A stretch of 9,220 nucleotides of DNA from a virus (lineage: Duplodnaviria > Heunggongvirae > Uroviricota > Caudoviricetes): positions 1 through 9,220 of IMG/VR virus record IMGVR_UViG_3300039367_000033. One strand, 5' to 3'. A program made the position numbers and the translations under genes. Below are positions 1-7,481 of the stretch, one piece after another; position 1 is the first letter of the stretch, and every line of letters begins with the position of its first letter. Below the pieces are notes generated by a model. It saw only the letters and a list, made by a program, of their open reading frames with translations, made no database searches and was not told where the DNA came from.

Positions 1-186
1 CAAATTGGAACTTCTCAATGGCTTAACACCCATCAACAAGAAGCCTTCATATCCCACACTTTTAGAACCCAGTTTTTTAACACTGCTCAATTCATGTGGC
101 AACAGCAAACCTTGTCACGTCCAATTAGCCGGAAGGACTGTGCTCAATTTGTCACAGTTCGCTTTCTTAATTCTGGAGGTCAATGA
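1..186 (+). CDS. 3' end of an upstream gene running in from the left edge (partial, product unknown)
   Basis: Frame 1 is open from nt 1 to a TGA at 184-186 that overlaps the ATG at 186-188 of the ABC ATPase gene (TGATG). A second frame (5..199) is also open, so the frame choice is uncertain. AT-rich like the 5' part of the following gene. Confidence 0.3.
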   Translation, partial: QIGTSQWLNTHQQEAFISHTFRTQFFNTAQFMWQQQTLSRPISRKDCAQFVTVRFLNSGGQ

Positions 187-1094
187 TGACACTACTTGAC
201 ATAAATCATGTGGACTACTGTTACAACGAAGGAACGTCACCTACTATTCATAACATTAGTCTAACTGTCTGTCCGAATTCAACAACTGTCATTATAGGTC
301 CTTCAGGCATTGGCAAGACCACATTATTAAACTTGATCGCCGGTTATCTAAAACCCAGTCAAGGAACTTTAACCATGAACGGCAAATCAATAACAGGGCC
401 ATCTTGGAAGCGCGGCGTTGTTTTTCAAACAATGGCTCTTTATCCTTGGTTAAATGTCCGTGATAACATTTTGTTTGGTCCAAAAATGCGTCATCAATCT
501 TCAGACGATTTTACCATGCTATTAGAAAAAGCTGGATTAACTCATTATGTTAATCGCCCAATTTATACACTCTCAGGTGGTCTGAAACAACGCGTTGCCC
601 TTGTTCGCGCGTTCATCAACCATCCTCCGTTACTCATGTTAGATGAATCGTTTGGAGCTCTAGATAACCATACACGGGCAGAGATGCATACACTATTGTT
701 TGATCTCTGGCGTGCTACTCAAAATGCTATGATTATCATCACTCATGATATTGATGAGGCGCTACGGCTGGCAGAACATCTGGTATTGATGGATCACGGT
801 GAAGTGGTGCAGCAGGGCAATCCGCTGACGATGCTGACTCGTCCGGCGAATGATTTTGTTCGCCAGTTTTTTGGACGTAGTGAACTGGGTGTGCGCCTGC
901 TTTCGTTACGTAGTGTGGCGGATTACGTGCGTCGCGAAGAACGTGCAGAAGGTGAGGCACTGGCAGAAGAGATGACGCTACGCGATGCGCTCTCCCTGTT
1001 TGTCGCGCGGGGATGCGAGGTGCTGCCGGTGATGAACACGCAGGGCCAGCCTTGCGGCACGCTGCATTTTCAGGATCTGCTGGTGGAGGCGTAA
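186..1094 (+). CDS. yehX: ABC transporter ATP-binding protein: C-terminal ~115 aa look like the YehX/OpuCA-type tail ([11 protein letters not shown] plus a CBS-like region); N-terminal nucleotide-binding domain is AT-rich and looks TauB/SsuB-like
   Basis: ORF 183..1094. GGAGG at 175-179 sits 6 nt before the ATG at 186, so 186 is preferred over 183. Walker [11 protein letters not shown]-loop VVFQ, signature LSGGLKQR, Walker [14 protein letters not shown]-loop ITHD. Followed 4 nt later by a permease gene. Symbol applies to the 3' portion only; the gene appears mosaic. Confidence 0.8.
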   Translation: MTLLDINHVDYCYNEGTSPTIHNISLTVCPNSTTVIIGPSGIGKTTLLNLIAGYLKPSQGTLTMNGKSITGPSWKRGVVFQTMALYPWLNVRDNILFGPKMRHQSSDDFTMLLEKAGLTHYVNRPIYTLSGGLKQRVALVRAFINHPPLLMLDESFGALDNHTRAEMHTLLFDLWRATQNAMIIITHDIDEALRLAEHLVLMDHGEVVQQGNPLTMLTRPANDFVRQFFGRSELGVRLLSLRSVADYVRREERAEGEALAEEMTLRDALSLFVARGCEVLPVMNTQGQPCGTLHFQDLLVEA

Positions 1095-1098
1095 ACGT

Positions 1099-1830
1099 AT
1101 GAAGATGTTGCGCGATCCGCTGTTCTGGCTCATTGCTCTGTTTGTGGCACTGATTTTCTGGCTGCCTTACAGCCAGCCGCTGTTTGCTGCCTTGTTCCCA
1201 CAACTGCCACGCCCCGTTTATCAGCAAGAGAGTTTTGCAGCTCTGGCACTGGCTCATTTCTGGCTGGTGGGAATTTCGAGTTTGTTTGCGGTGATCATTG
1301 GTACTGGTGCCGGAATTGCTGTCACTCGCCCTTGGGGCGCGGAATTTCGTCCACTGGTGGAAACTATTGCCGCCGTTGGACAGACTTTTCCGCCCGTTGC
1401 AGTGCTGGCGATTGCCGTTCCGGTGATCGGCTTTGGCCTGCAACCGGCGATTATCGCCTTGATCCTTTACGGTGTGCTACCCGTCCTGCAGGCGACACTT
1501 GCCGGGCTGGGATCGATTGATGCCAGCGTGACCGAAGTTGCCAAAGGCATGGGAATGAGTCGTGGTCAGCGACTGCGTAAGGTCGAGCTACCGCTGGCGG
1601 CTCCGGTGATTCTGGCGGGCGTGCGAACTTCGGTGATTATCAACATTGGTACGGCGACGATCGCCTCAACGGTAGGGGCCAGCACGCTGGGTACGCCCAT
1701 CATCATCGGGCTTAGCGGATTTAATACCGCGTATGTGATCCAGGGGGCGTTACTGGTGGCACTGGCGGCGATCATCGCAGACCGCCTGTTTGAAAGGCTG
1801 GTGCAGGCGTTCAGCCAGCACGCAAAATAA
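1099..1830 (+). CDS. yehW: ABC transporter permease of the osmoprotectant (OsmF-YehYXW) system
   Basis: 243-aa strongly hydrophobic protein with multiple predicted membrane spans, directly downstream of the ATPase gene; GGAGG upstream of the ATG; GC-rich enterobacterial codon usage. Confidence 0.88.
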
Positions 1831-1918
1831 AGGTATAACCTGCGAGCATGACGCCACCAATTCCGCCTAACGCCATAAACAGGAACAGGGCGATGACTCC
1901 AATTTTAGCTATGCGCAT
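1811..1918 (-). CDS. yohO: small membrane protein, 35 aa ([35 protein letters not shown]), YohO-like
   Basis: ATG at 1916-1918 (minus) preceded by AAGGAG with 7-nt spacing; single hydrophobic helix; TGA at 1811-1813; overlaps the yehW 3' end by 20 nt on the opposite strand. Not in the ORF track because it is short. Name is from memory of the K-12 locus. Confidence 0.55.
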
Positions 1919-1977
1919 AATGCACTCCTTATGTTAACGAAAGGATTGTACAGTAAAGCGCATTTGTTAACGAATCA

Positions 1978-2664
1978 TTAAATGCCGAGTGGGAAAATAT
2001 CATGGCCTTGTTCCTGCCAACTGGTGAGTTGCTGCTGTTGGGCGGAGGTTCGATTTTCACCGCACCACACCAGCAATGTACGGCCTTCGAACAGTTCAGG
2101 GCGTAGTTGATTGAGCGAGTGGGCGAGGACATCAATGCGCCATCCTTGTTGACTGGCAATCCAGCCCTCCAGCCACAGACGGGTGGTATCCTGAATATTC
2201 CAGCCAACCACCAGCGCATCTTTACCCTGTTTTTTACGTGCCGAAGCCAGACAAATGGCAATGTAGTTGATCAGTACGCCGTCGAGGATCGCCAGCAGCG
2301 CCTGGAGAGTCGGTTGTTGGCACTGAAGCCGTCGGCGCAGTGGAATGAACAGATGTGTGGTGAGTGTCTGGGCGGGGTAATCCTGACCGCGCTCTTTGAT
2401 CCACGTTCGCAGGCTATGCAGATTGCCGCTTTGCAGGTAAGTCAGTAATGTTTCTTGCTGATCGCGCCAGCCGTTCTGCACATCAACATTTTCATTACTG
2501 AGCAGCATTTTTACTTTGCTGACCTGCACGCCATTGTCGATCCAGCGTTTGATCTCGCGGATCCGGTCAATATCGGCATCGTTGAACAGCCGATGACCGC
2601 CGTCTGTCCGTTGCGGTTTCAGCAATCCGTAACGCCTCTGCCACGCGCGTAACGTGACAGGGAT
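1978..2664 (-). pseudogene. mlrA: mlrA (yehV) MerR-family regulator of csgD/curli, 5'-truncated by prophage insertion
   Basis: Minus-strand frame encodes ...PVTLRAWQRRYGLLKPQRTDGGHRLFNDADIDRIREIKRWIDNGVQ... through to TAA at 1978-1980. Upstream of about nt 2664 the frame reads SVSLPLI and hits a stop at 2695-2697 with no ATG or GTG; the only start in frame is an internal TTG at 2623-2625. From memory, intact MlrA begins MALYTIGEVALLCDINPVTLRAW, so the first HTH helix is missing. Confidence 0.8.
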
Positions 2665-2699
2665 TAAGGGTAAACTAACTGATTTTACAAGTTTTTATT

Positions 2700-3986
2700 T
2701 TACCCCACTTTCTTATGGGGCATACATGGGACACTTTCAGATAGTCTTTTGTTAAGGAGTTCTATCTGTTCGTGATTGTTGTCTTTCATCCATGCTCCGT
2801 AAACATTGAATACCATTTGTGCGTTTGTGTGGCCCATCTGGCTTGCGATAAAACTAGGATTAGCTCCAGCGGCAAGTGACCAGCATGCATAAGTATGCCT
2901 GGATTGGTACGATTTTCTGTGTCTCAGACCTGCGCGTTTTAAGATACTTGTCCATGACTCCCTGATGGAGTCAACCTTATAGTGCGGTCCGGAAAACTGC
3001 CGCTGTTTTATTACCTGAGGACTAAAAACAAAAGTGCATTTATGCACAGTACTTCTCCCATATTCCCTCTGCTTTACCTCTACAGAATGTTGCTTTCCAA
3101 GCATGGTCATTTCCGCCTGACTTTTAAGAGCATCAATAGCTGGTTGAACCAGATGAATTGTCCTTCCGGTGCCAGCATCGGTTTTTGGTGGAGTGAATTC
3201 GCCAAGTTTTGTATAATTCCTACGGATGGTTATAGTCCTTGCTTTAAGATCTATATCTTCCCATGCCAGCGATACCAGCTCCCCGTGACGAATACCCGTG
3301 TATACAGCGAGAATCCACAGGTTTTTTGTTTGTTGATGACGGCAAGCCTCAATAAAACGAATAAATTCGTCACGGGTGAGAGGATCTGGTTTTACCTTGG
3401 ACTTTTTTAAGGGTGCCAGACCGTTAAATGGGTTTCCTGAGGTATAACCATTATCTGTTGCAAATTGAAACATTCCAGCTATGGTTGTCATATAGTAGTT
3501 TACTGTGACCACTGAGCGCCCTTTTATGGAAGAAATCTTTCCATTAGAAAGCTTTTGGTAACCGGTCAACAAATCTCTCCTTGCGAAAAGTAAATCCTCT
3601 TTTGTTATGGATGAAACCAGTTTTTTCTCACCCAACATAGGCAACATGTTTTTAATTACTGACTGGTAACGATTAAGTGCATTCGCACAAATCTCAATTT
3701 TCTTAAGGTCCAACCATTTTTCCGAAAGTGCCTTAACGGTTATCTCTCTTTTTCCCAGACCAAAGTGTTTCAGGTTAGGGGAATTAGGGAACTGTGTGGC
3801 GTAGTCGAAACTCCCCATTCTGATTGCAAAACAAACGGAAGTGCGAAGTTCACCTGCGATCTTCCGGTTTTTGGCGGTGTCAGGAACACCGAGGTTTTCT
3901 CTGACACGTTTGCCATTATAGTGAAACCATATACGGAGTGATCCTCCATGGTTTTCAACGCCTGTCGGGTATGATACGTTACTCAT
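2700..3986 (-). CDS. int: phage integrase, tyrosine recombinase family (428 aa)
   Basis: ORF 2700..3986 with ATG at 3984-3986 and GGGAGG upstream. C-terminal catalytic-type motifs (LRHRKSYQSRHTY ... MGHTNAQMVFNVYGAW with a candidate active-site Tyr). Position next to the chromosome junction is typical of int next to attL. Confidence 0.93.
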   Translation of the reverse strand: MSNVSYPTGVENHGGSLRIWFHYNGKRVRENLGVPDTAKNRKIAGELRTSVCFAIRMGSFDYATQFPNSPNLKHFGLGKREITVKALSEKWLDLKKIEICANALNRYQSVIKNMLPMLGEKKLVSSITKEDLLFARRDLLTGYQKLSNGKISSIKGRSVVTVNYYMTTIAGMFQFATDNGYTSGNPFNGLAPLKKSKVKPDPLTRDEFIRFIEACRHQQTKNLWILAVYTGIRHGELVSLAWEDIDLKARTITIRRNYTKLGEFTPPKTDAGTGRTIHLVQPAIDALKSQAEMTMLGKQHSVEVKQREYGRSTVHKCTFVFSPQVIKQRQFSGPHYKVDSIRESWTSILKRAGLRHRKSYQSRHTYACWSLAAGANPSFIASQMGHTNAQMVFNVYGAWMKDNNHEQIELLNKRLSESVPCMPHKKVG

Positions 3987-4019
3987 TAAACCTCCCAGAC
4001 GTCCAGGAGCATTAACAGG

Positions 4020-4274
4020 TTAACCGGAACTTGCATTTTTGGCACCTGGTTGTTTCTGGTTTTCGATCCATCGCATAATTTCTTCGATGTTGTACAGGCA
4101 TTCACTGTAATGCCCAGGATCACCTTCTACAGCGTAATGGCGGTATTCTTTTCCCTGCATCCATGACTTTCTCCTGGCCCGCTCGATGGTGCCGGGCTTT
4201 AGCCCTGTTGATGCAATAAGGACTCTCTCCGTACACCATTTGCTGGGGGTTATCTGATAGATGATTGTCTGCAT
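4020..4274 (-). CDS. excisionase-like / small DNA-binding protein (84 aa)
   Basis: Immediately upstream of int in the same orientation (33-nt gap); ATG at 4272-4274 with GAGG 5 nt upstream; small basic protein with a W...R...G..EY pattern loosely resembling lambda Xis. Function inferred mostly from position. Confidence 0.55.
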   Translation of the reverse strand: MQTIIYQITPSKWCTERVLIASTGLKPGTIERARRKSWMQGKEYRHYAVEGDPGHYSECLYNIEEIMRWIENQKQPGAKNASSG

Positions 4275-4292
4275 GCCAACCTCATAAAACTT

Positions 4293-4427
4293 TCATCCAC
4301 GGCAGTGGCACCACACGTCAAACATTCGCTTCACAACTTCACGACAGTAGAAACCGTCACCATCTTGCGTCAGGTCATAGCGATTGCCGTAACGCTGGTG
4401 GACCCATCGTTCAAATGCTTTATTCAT
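4293..4427 (-). CDS. hypothetical small protein, 44 aa (MNKAFERWVHQRYGNRYDLTQDGDGFYCREVVKRMFDVWCHCRG)
   Basis: Not in the ORF track. ATG at 4425-4427 preceded by AAGGAAG, 3 nt after the TAA of the upstream gene; fills the gap between the 80-aa gene and the xis-like gene; ends TGA at 4293-4295. Confidence 0.45.
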   Translation of the reverse strand: MNKAFERWVHQRYGNRYDLTQDGDGFYCREVVKRMFDVWCHCRG

Positions 4428-4430
4428 TCT

Positions 4431-4673
4431 TTACTTCCTTTTTATGGCTCGTAATTTTTTCAGGTGCTTTTCCTGCTCAGTATCCGCGAGAATTTTGCGG
4501 TACTCCTGGTGGTCAATATGTTCGAACAGGCTGTTGAACTCAGTGATGCGTACCCGCCCGGAGCGCCCGTCCATCCTCCGAAAGAATACCGAGTGAACAG
4601 TACTGCGAGTAATTTTTACCGGGTAGCCAGCACTATCGGTGTATATCTGCCCGCGTTGAATCAAAGCGAACAT
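4431..4673 (-). CDS. hypothetical phage protein (80 aa)
   Basis: ORF 4431..4709 begins with TTG; the internal ATG at 4671-4673 (MFALIQRG...) is preferred because the TTG extension would overlap the coupled 27-aa ORF upstream. Basic C-terminus (KHLKKLRAIKRK). Confidence 0.6.
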   Translation of the reverse strand: MFALIQRGQIYTDSAGYPVKITRSTVHSVFFRRMDGRSGRVRITEFNSLFEHIDHQEYRKILADTEQEKHLKKLRAIKRK

Positions 4674-4677
4674 GTGG

Positions 4678-4761
4678 TTATCCCCATCGACAAATCGAGA
4701 ACACAACAAACGCTGCTGCGAATACCACCCCCAGAGTTACGATTGCATCAGGCCAGCTCAT
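4678..4761 (-). CDS. small hydrophobic peptide, 27 aa (MSWPDAIVTLGVVFAAAFVVFSICRWG), probable single-pass membrane peptide
   Basis: Not in the ORF track. ATG at 4759-4761 overlaps the TGA of the DUF551-like gene (ATGA); strong AGGAGG 7 nt upstream; TAA at 4678-4680 is 4 nt before the ATG of the next gene. Confidence 0.4.
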   Translation of the reverse strand: MSWPDAIVTLGVVFAAAFVVFSICRWG

Positions 4762-5303
4762 TGATTCACCTCCTGCGGCGGTTCTGGCAGCGGCATCCAG
4801 TGGGTTACCTCCTTGAGATACAGGTCTTCGCCATCACCGTCATCCCAAGTGGGCTTGCCATCATTAAACCAGTCGCCATATACGCCGACCTGAGTGTTGG
4901 GGATGTTTGGTGGGTAGTTGTTTTTAAAGTCAGCAGCTAACACATAGCATTGTCGCTCTCCCATTTCTGGCATTCGCTCACTACAGCTTATCCAACTCTC
5001 CGGAGTTACCGGAGAGTTGCCAGCCTCATACGCCACACGCATCCAGTGCATAAGCGTTTCAGTGCTCACACAGCCGCAATCAACATCAATTTTGCCGTGC
5101 TGCTGTTCCAGCCATTGCTCAAAAGTTAACTTGTAAGTTTGGCTTACAGGTTCTGCACTATCAGCTTCGCGCCGCTTCTGTAGCTCTGCTGCCATCGCTC
5201 TCACGACTTCAACTGGTGCCCTTGCCGCAAACTCTATGTTGGTGATCAGCTCATTAAGATATTGCTCGCCTGGATACTGTTTCTTATCGGTTATAGTGGT
5301 CAT
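4758..5303 (-). CDS. DUF551-domain phage protein (181 aa)
   Basis: C-terminal region WISCSERMPEMGERQCYVL...VTHWMPLPEPP matches the DUF551 pattern as I recall it (W-I-S-x-x-D/E-R-L-P ... T-H-W-M-P-L-P-E-P-P). ATG at 5301-5303 overlaps the upstream TGA (ATGA); GAAGGA upstream. Confidence 0.75.
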   Translation of the reverse strand: MTTITDKKQYPGEQYLNELITNIEFAARAPVEVVRAMAAELQKRREADSAEPVSQTYKLTFEQWLEQQHGKIDVDCGCVSTETLMHWMRVAYEAGNSPVTPESWISCSERMPEMGERQCYVLAADFKNNYPPNIPNTQVGVYGDWFNDGKPTWDDGDGEDLYLKEVTHWMPLPEPPQEVNQ

Positions 5304-5815
5304 GCTGCGTTTCCTTCTTTCTTATTAACAATTACACCGTCATATATTTCATTAAGGTGTCCTCTTAGCTCCATGCGCCTTAATGCAGATAACATGTAAT
5401 CGCATTCAACCTGCTTATTCCCAGTAAATGGCTTATCGTCAGAATTACCCCAACAGCAATTACCCCTGGGCCATCCATGTACTTTCCGTACTCTTCCGTT
5501 AACAACGTGAAGTAATCCCCAGCCGGGAGGTAAATCCTCAACTGAAATAATTTCCGGCTCACTAATAAAGAATCGCCAGTCGCCCATGCCAAGTGAGGGA
5601 TTTTTACGGAAACGCTTTTTTCTATCTGCCAACAAGTCAGCACGAGAACACTTCGCCTCTATCAGGCATGATGCTGAATTTCTGAATCCCATAGCATCTG
5701 GCTGTTCTCCGGTACTGGTTACAGCAACAAAGCGGTCATGAAAGCAAACCTTGAACCCGTTGCGCTTAAGGAACTTGTACGCAATCTGACAGAGTTCGTG
5801 GTGTGTTAACGCCAT
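5300..5815 (-). CDS. putative PD-(D/E)xK nuclease-like phage protein (171 aa)
   Basis: ATG at 5813-5815 preceded by AAGGAGAG (junction motif copy 1). Motif GEQPDAMGF...CLIEAKCSRADLL fits the PD...E-x-K signature of restriction-endonuclease-like / VRR-NUC folds. The TTG-extended ORF 5300..5875 is rejected. Family assignment is by eye. Confidence 0.7.
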   Translation of the reverse strand: MALTHHELCQIAYKFLKRNGFKVCFHDRFVAVTSTGEQPDAMGFRNSASCLIEAKCSRADLLADRKKRFRKNPSLGMGDWRFFISEPEIISVEDLPPGWGLLHVVNGRVRKVHGWPRGNCCWGNSDDKPFTGNKQVECDYMLSALRRMELRGHLNEIYDGVIVNKKEGNAA

Positions 5816-5816
5816 A

Positions 5817-6257
5817 TCACTCTCCTTTCCCATGAAGCATGGCGGCGCGGCAGGCGTTCCATATTTCGGCAGCAATATCGCGCTCGCTATCGGTTAATTT
5901 GTACGTGGAAACATAGCCAGAGAGCATTTCTACGTTTTCCGGAGTTGCTTCTTCCGGCACTACCGGCGCTGGCAAGGCAGCGTGATAGTAGAGTGGCATA
6001 GTTTTGTACAGTGGTTCGCCAGGACTTCCGTCAACCTGATTCCATTCTTCAACCCAGGCATCAACAACCGCTTTGCTGGTTGATACATGTTCTTCTGAAT
6101 CTACATTTTGTCCTGATATACAGAACATAACTGCTTCTGCTTCCAGCGATGCCAGTGCGATTTCATAAGCCCGACGCTCAATATTGTCTCGGACGTCCAG
6201 GCTGCCTATACGCTCTTTGATTTCTTTAATCAGTTCTTTGTCGGTTAAAGTGGTCAT
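5817..6257 (-). CDS. hypothetical phage protein (146 aa, acidic, ends KGE)
   Basis: ATG at 6255-6257 with GAGGA upstream, overlapping the TGA of the upstream gene (ATGA). N-terminus MTTLTDK resembles that of the DUF551-like protein (MTTITDK). Confidence 0.75.
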   Translation of the reverse strand: MTTLTDKELIKEIKERIGSLDVRDNIERRAYEIALASLEAEAVMFCISGQNVDSEEHVSTSKAVVDAWVEEWNQVDGSPGEPLYKTMPLYYHAALPAPVVPEEATPENVEMLSGYVSTYKLTDSERDIAAEIWNACRAAMLHGKGE

Positions 6258-6463
6258 TTGTTAATCCTCAAAACTTTATGCCCGGGCGCAAAAGCACGCG
6301 TTTTGTCTTTGCTTATTCGCCAGCCATCCTTGCGCGCCTCTTTTGCACAACCAGACCATGACGTACCGATATACTCACCGAAGTCTGGCGACTTATATTT
6401 GCCATCTGTACACTGGAGGCAGTCACAATAGAGATGCATGGTGTAACTTGCGGCAATAGCCAT
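6254..6463 (-). CDS. small Cys-rich protein (69 aa; CDCLQC...C...H, possible zinc-binding)
   Basis: ATG at 6461-6463 preceded by the exact junction motif AAAGGAGAGTGATATGGC (copy 2). The TTG-extended ORF 6254..6535 is rejected. Confidence 0.7.
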   Translation of the reverse strand: MAIAASYTMHLYCDCLQCTDGKYKSPDFGEYIGTSWSGCAKEARKDGWRISKDKTRAFAPGHKVLRINK

Positions 6464-6464
6464 A

Positions 6465-6659
6465 TCACTCTCCTTTAGTGCGCAAATGGTTTTTCCAGCG
6501 GTTTTGCGCCGCGCTGGGCTTTTTGCAAAAACCACAATCCATCATCCCGTAATATTTCATCAACCCCATCCGTCGGTTGCTGAGTCTCACCCACTGCCAG
6601 ACGCCAGGAGCGTTTCTACGAACTAACAGAATCTTTGCTTTACGGTTGTTGGTTGCCAT
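6465..6659 (-). CDS. small basic protein (64 aa, ends KGE)
   Basis: ATG at 6657-6659 preceded by the exact junction motif (copy 3); TGA at 6465-6467. Confidence 0.7.
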   Translation of the reverse strand: MATNNRKAKILLVRRNAPGVWQWVRLSNRRMGLMKYYGMMDCGFCKKPSAAQNRWKNHLRTKGE

Positions 6660-6660
6660 A

Positions 6661-7260
6661 TCACTCTCCTTTGATGCGAATGCCAGCGACGCGTAATGCG
6701 TGTTCTAGGTCAATCAGGTAAAGCCAACTGCCATTTTCTTTAGGTATCATGACATGTCGCTCATCTGCATTTATCGGGTGTCCATATCGAAGGTCGTAGC
6801 GAGTCGGTAATTGAACTTCCCGCGCTTCCAGTTCAGCAATACGCTTGCACCCATCAGAGATAACTCCCTCGTAATACTCGCGCTGCTCGTTGAGTTTTGA
6901 TTTTGCTGCTTCAAGCTCAACGAGCAGCTTCCCAACCGTAAGCGCAATATCCTCGTTCTCCTGGTCGCGGCGTTTGATGTATTGCTGGTTTCTTTCCTGT
7001 TCATCCAGCAGTGCCAGCACGGTAGCCGGGTTAGCCTCTGCTATGAATTCAGCGTTTGCATAAGCCTGAGCATCTGATTCAATCAGGCAGTTAACATGAC
7101 ATTCCGCAATCACGCCACCGGGTTCTCCTTTCCATTTTTGACAAACAAAAACTCCTGTTAAATTGCCGTGCTGGTTAACAGATGTATGCCCTACGATGTA
7201 GCTTCCTTTAGTTGCTTTCTCTGCCTTTTCACGCAGTGCCTGATAGTTAATCTCGCTCAC
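6661..7260 (-). CDS. Ea22-like early phage protein, paralog 1 (199 aa)
   Basis: GTG start at 7258-7260 overlapping the upstream TGA (GTGA), GGAGGA upstream. N-terminal MSEINYQALREKAEKAT... and ANAEFIAEANPATVLALLDE resemble ead/Ea22-like proteins as I recall them; central region has coiled-coil character; ends KGE. Confidence 0.75.
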   Translation of the reverse strand: MSEINYQALREKAEKATKGSYIVGHTSVNQHGNLTGVFVCQKWKGEPGGVIAECHVNCLIESDAQAYANAEFIAEANPATVLALLDEQERNQQYIKRRDQENEDIALTVGKLLVELEAAKSKLNEQREYYEGVISDGCKRIAELEAREVQLPTRYDLRYGHPINADERHVMIPKENGSWLYLIDLEHALRVAGIRIKGE

Positions 7261-7481
7261 TCTTCATCCTCCAAGTCGGCAACGGCGTCCATCACATCAG
7301 AACCGCGAATAACCTCAAAAGCACGGCAGGCCATTTGAAATACCAGTTGCTCTTGCGGGTGAGGAGACTCCCAATATTTGAAGCCTGGGCGATGCGTGTA
7401 CCCCATCATTGAATAAAAATCACCAGCAAGCTTAATCGCGGCATCGACAAGCTCTCTGTTAGTCATTCTTTTTCCGCTCAC
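7257..7481 (-). CDS. hypothetical small acidic protein (74 aa; 69 aa if the internal ATG at 7464-7466 is used)
   Basis: GTG at 7479-7481 overlaps the upstream TGA (GTGA), with AAGGAGG 6 nt upstream; same junction architecture as at 8702-8720. Confidence 0.65.
   Translation of the reverse strand: MSGKRMTNRELVDAAIKLAGDFYSMMGYTHRPGFKYWESPHPQEQLVFQMACRAFEVIRGSDVMDAVADLEDEE

Noticed and set aside
739-1443. Minus-strand ORF 739..1443 (234 aa) spanning the yehX/yehW junction
   Set aside because: Antisense to two well-supported transporter genes; long antisense ORFs are common in GC-rich coding DNA, and the translation is Arg/Ser/Pro-rich low complexity.
1978-2625. Treating ORF 1978..2625 as an intact 215-aa MlrA
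   Set aside because: It starts at an internal TTG. MlrA-like sequence continues upstream to about 2664 without a start codon and then diverges at the prophage junction, so this is a 5'-truncated gene, not a shorter intact one.
2982-3410. Plus-strand ORF 2982..3410 inside the integrase gene
   Set aside because: Entirely antisense to the well-supported integrase CDS.
1079-4401. Chi sequences (GCTGGTGG) at 1079-1086, 1263-1270 and 4394-4401
   Set aside because: Chi is frequent in E. coli-type DNA; three copies in 9 kb is not clearly enriched, so this is not reported as a feature.
4265-4940. Plus-strand ORFs 4265..4537 and 4464..4940
   Set aside because: Antisense to the coupled minus-strand gene chain and lacking SD sequences.
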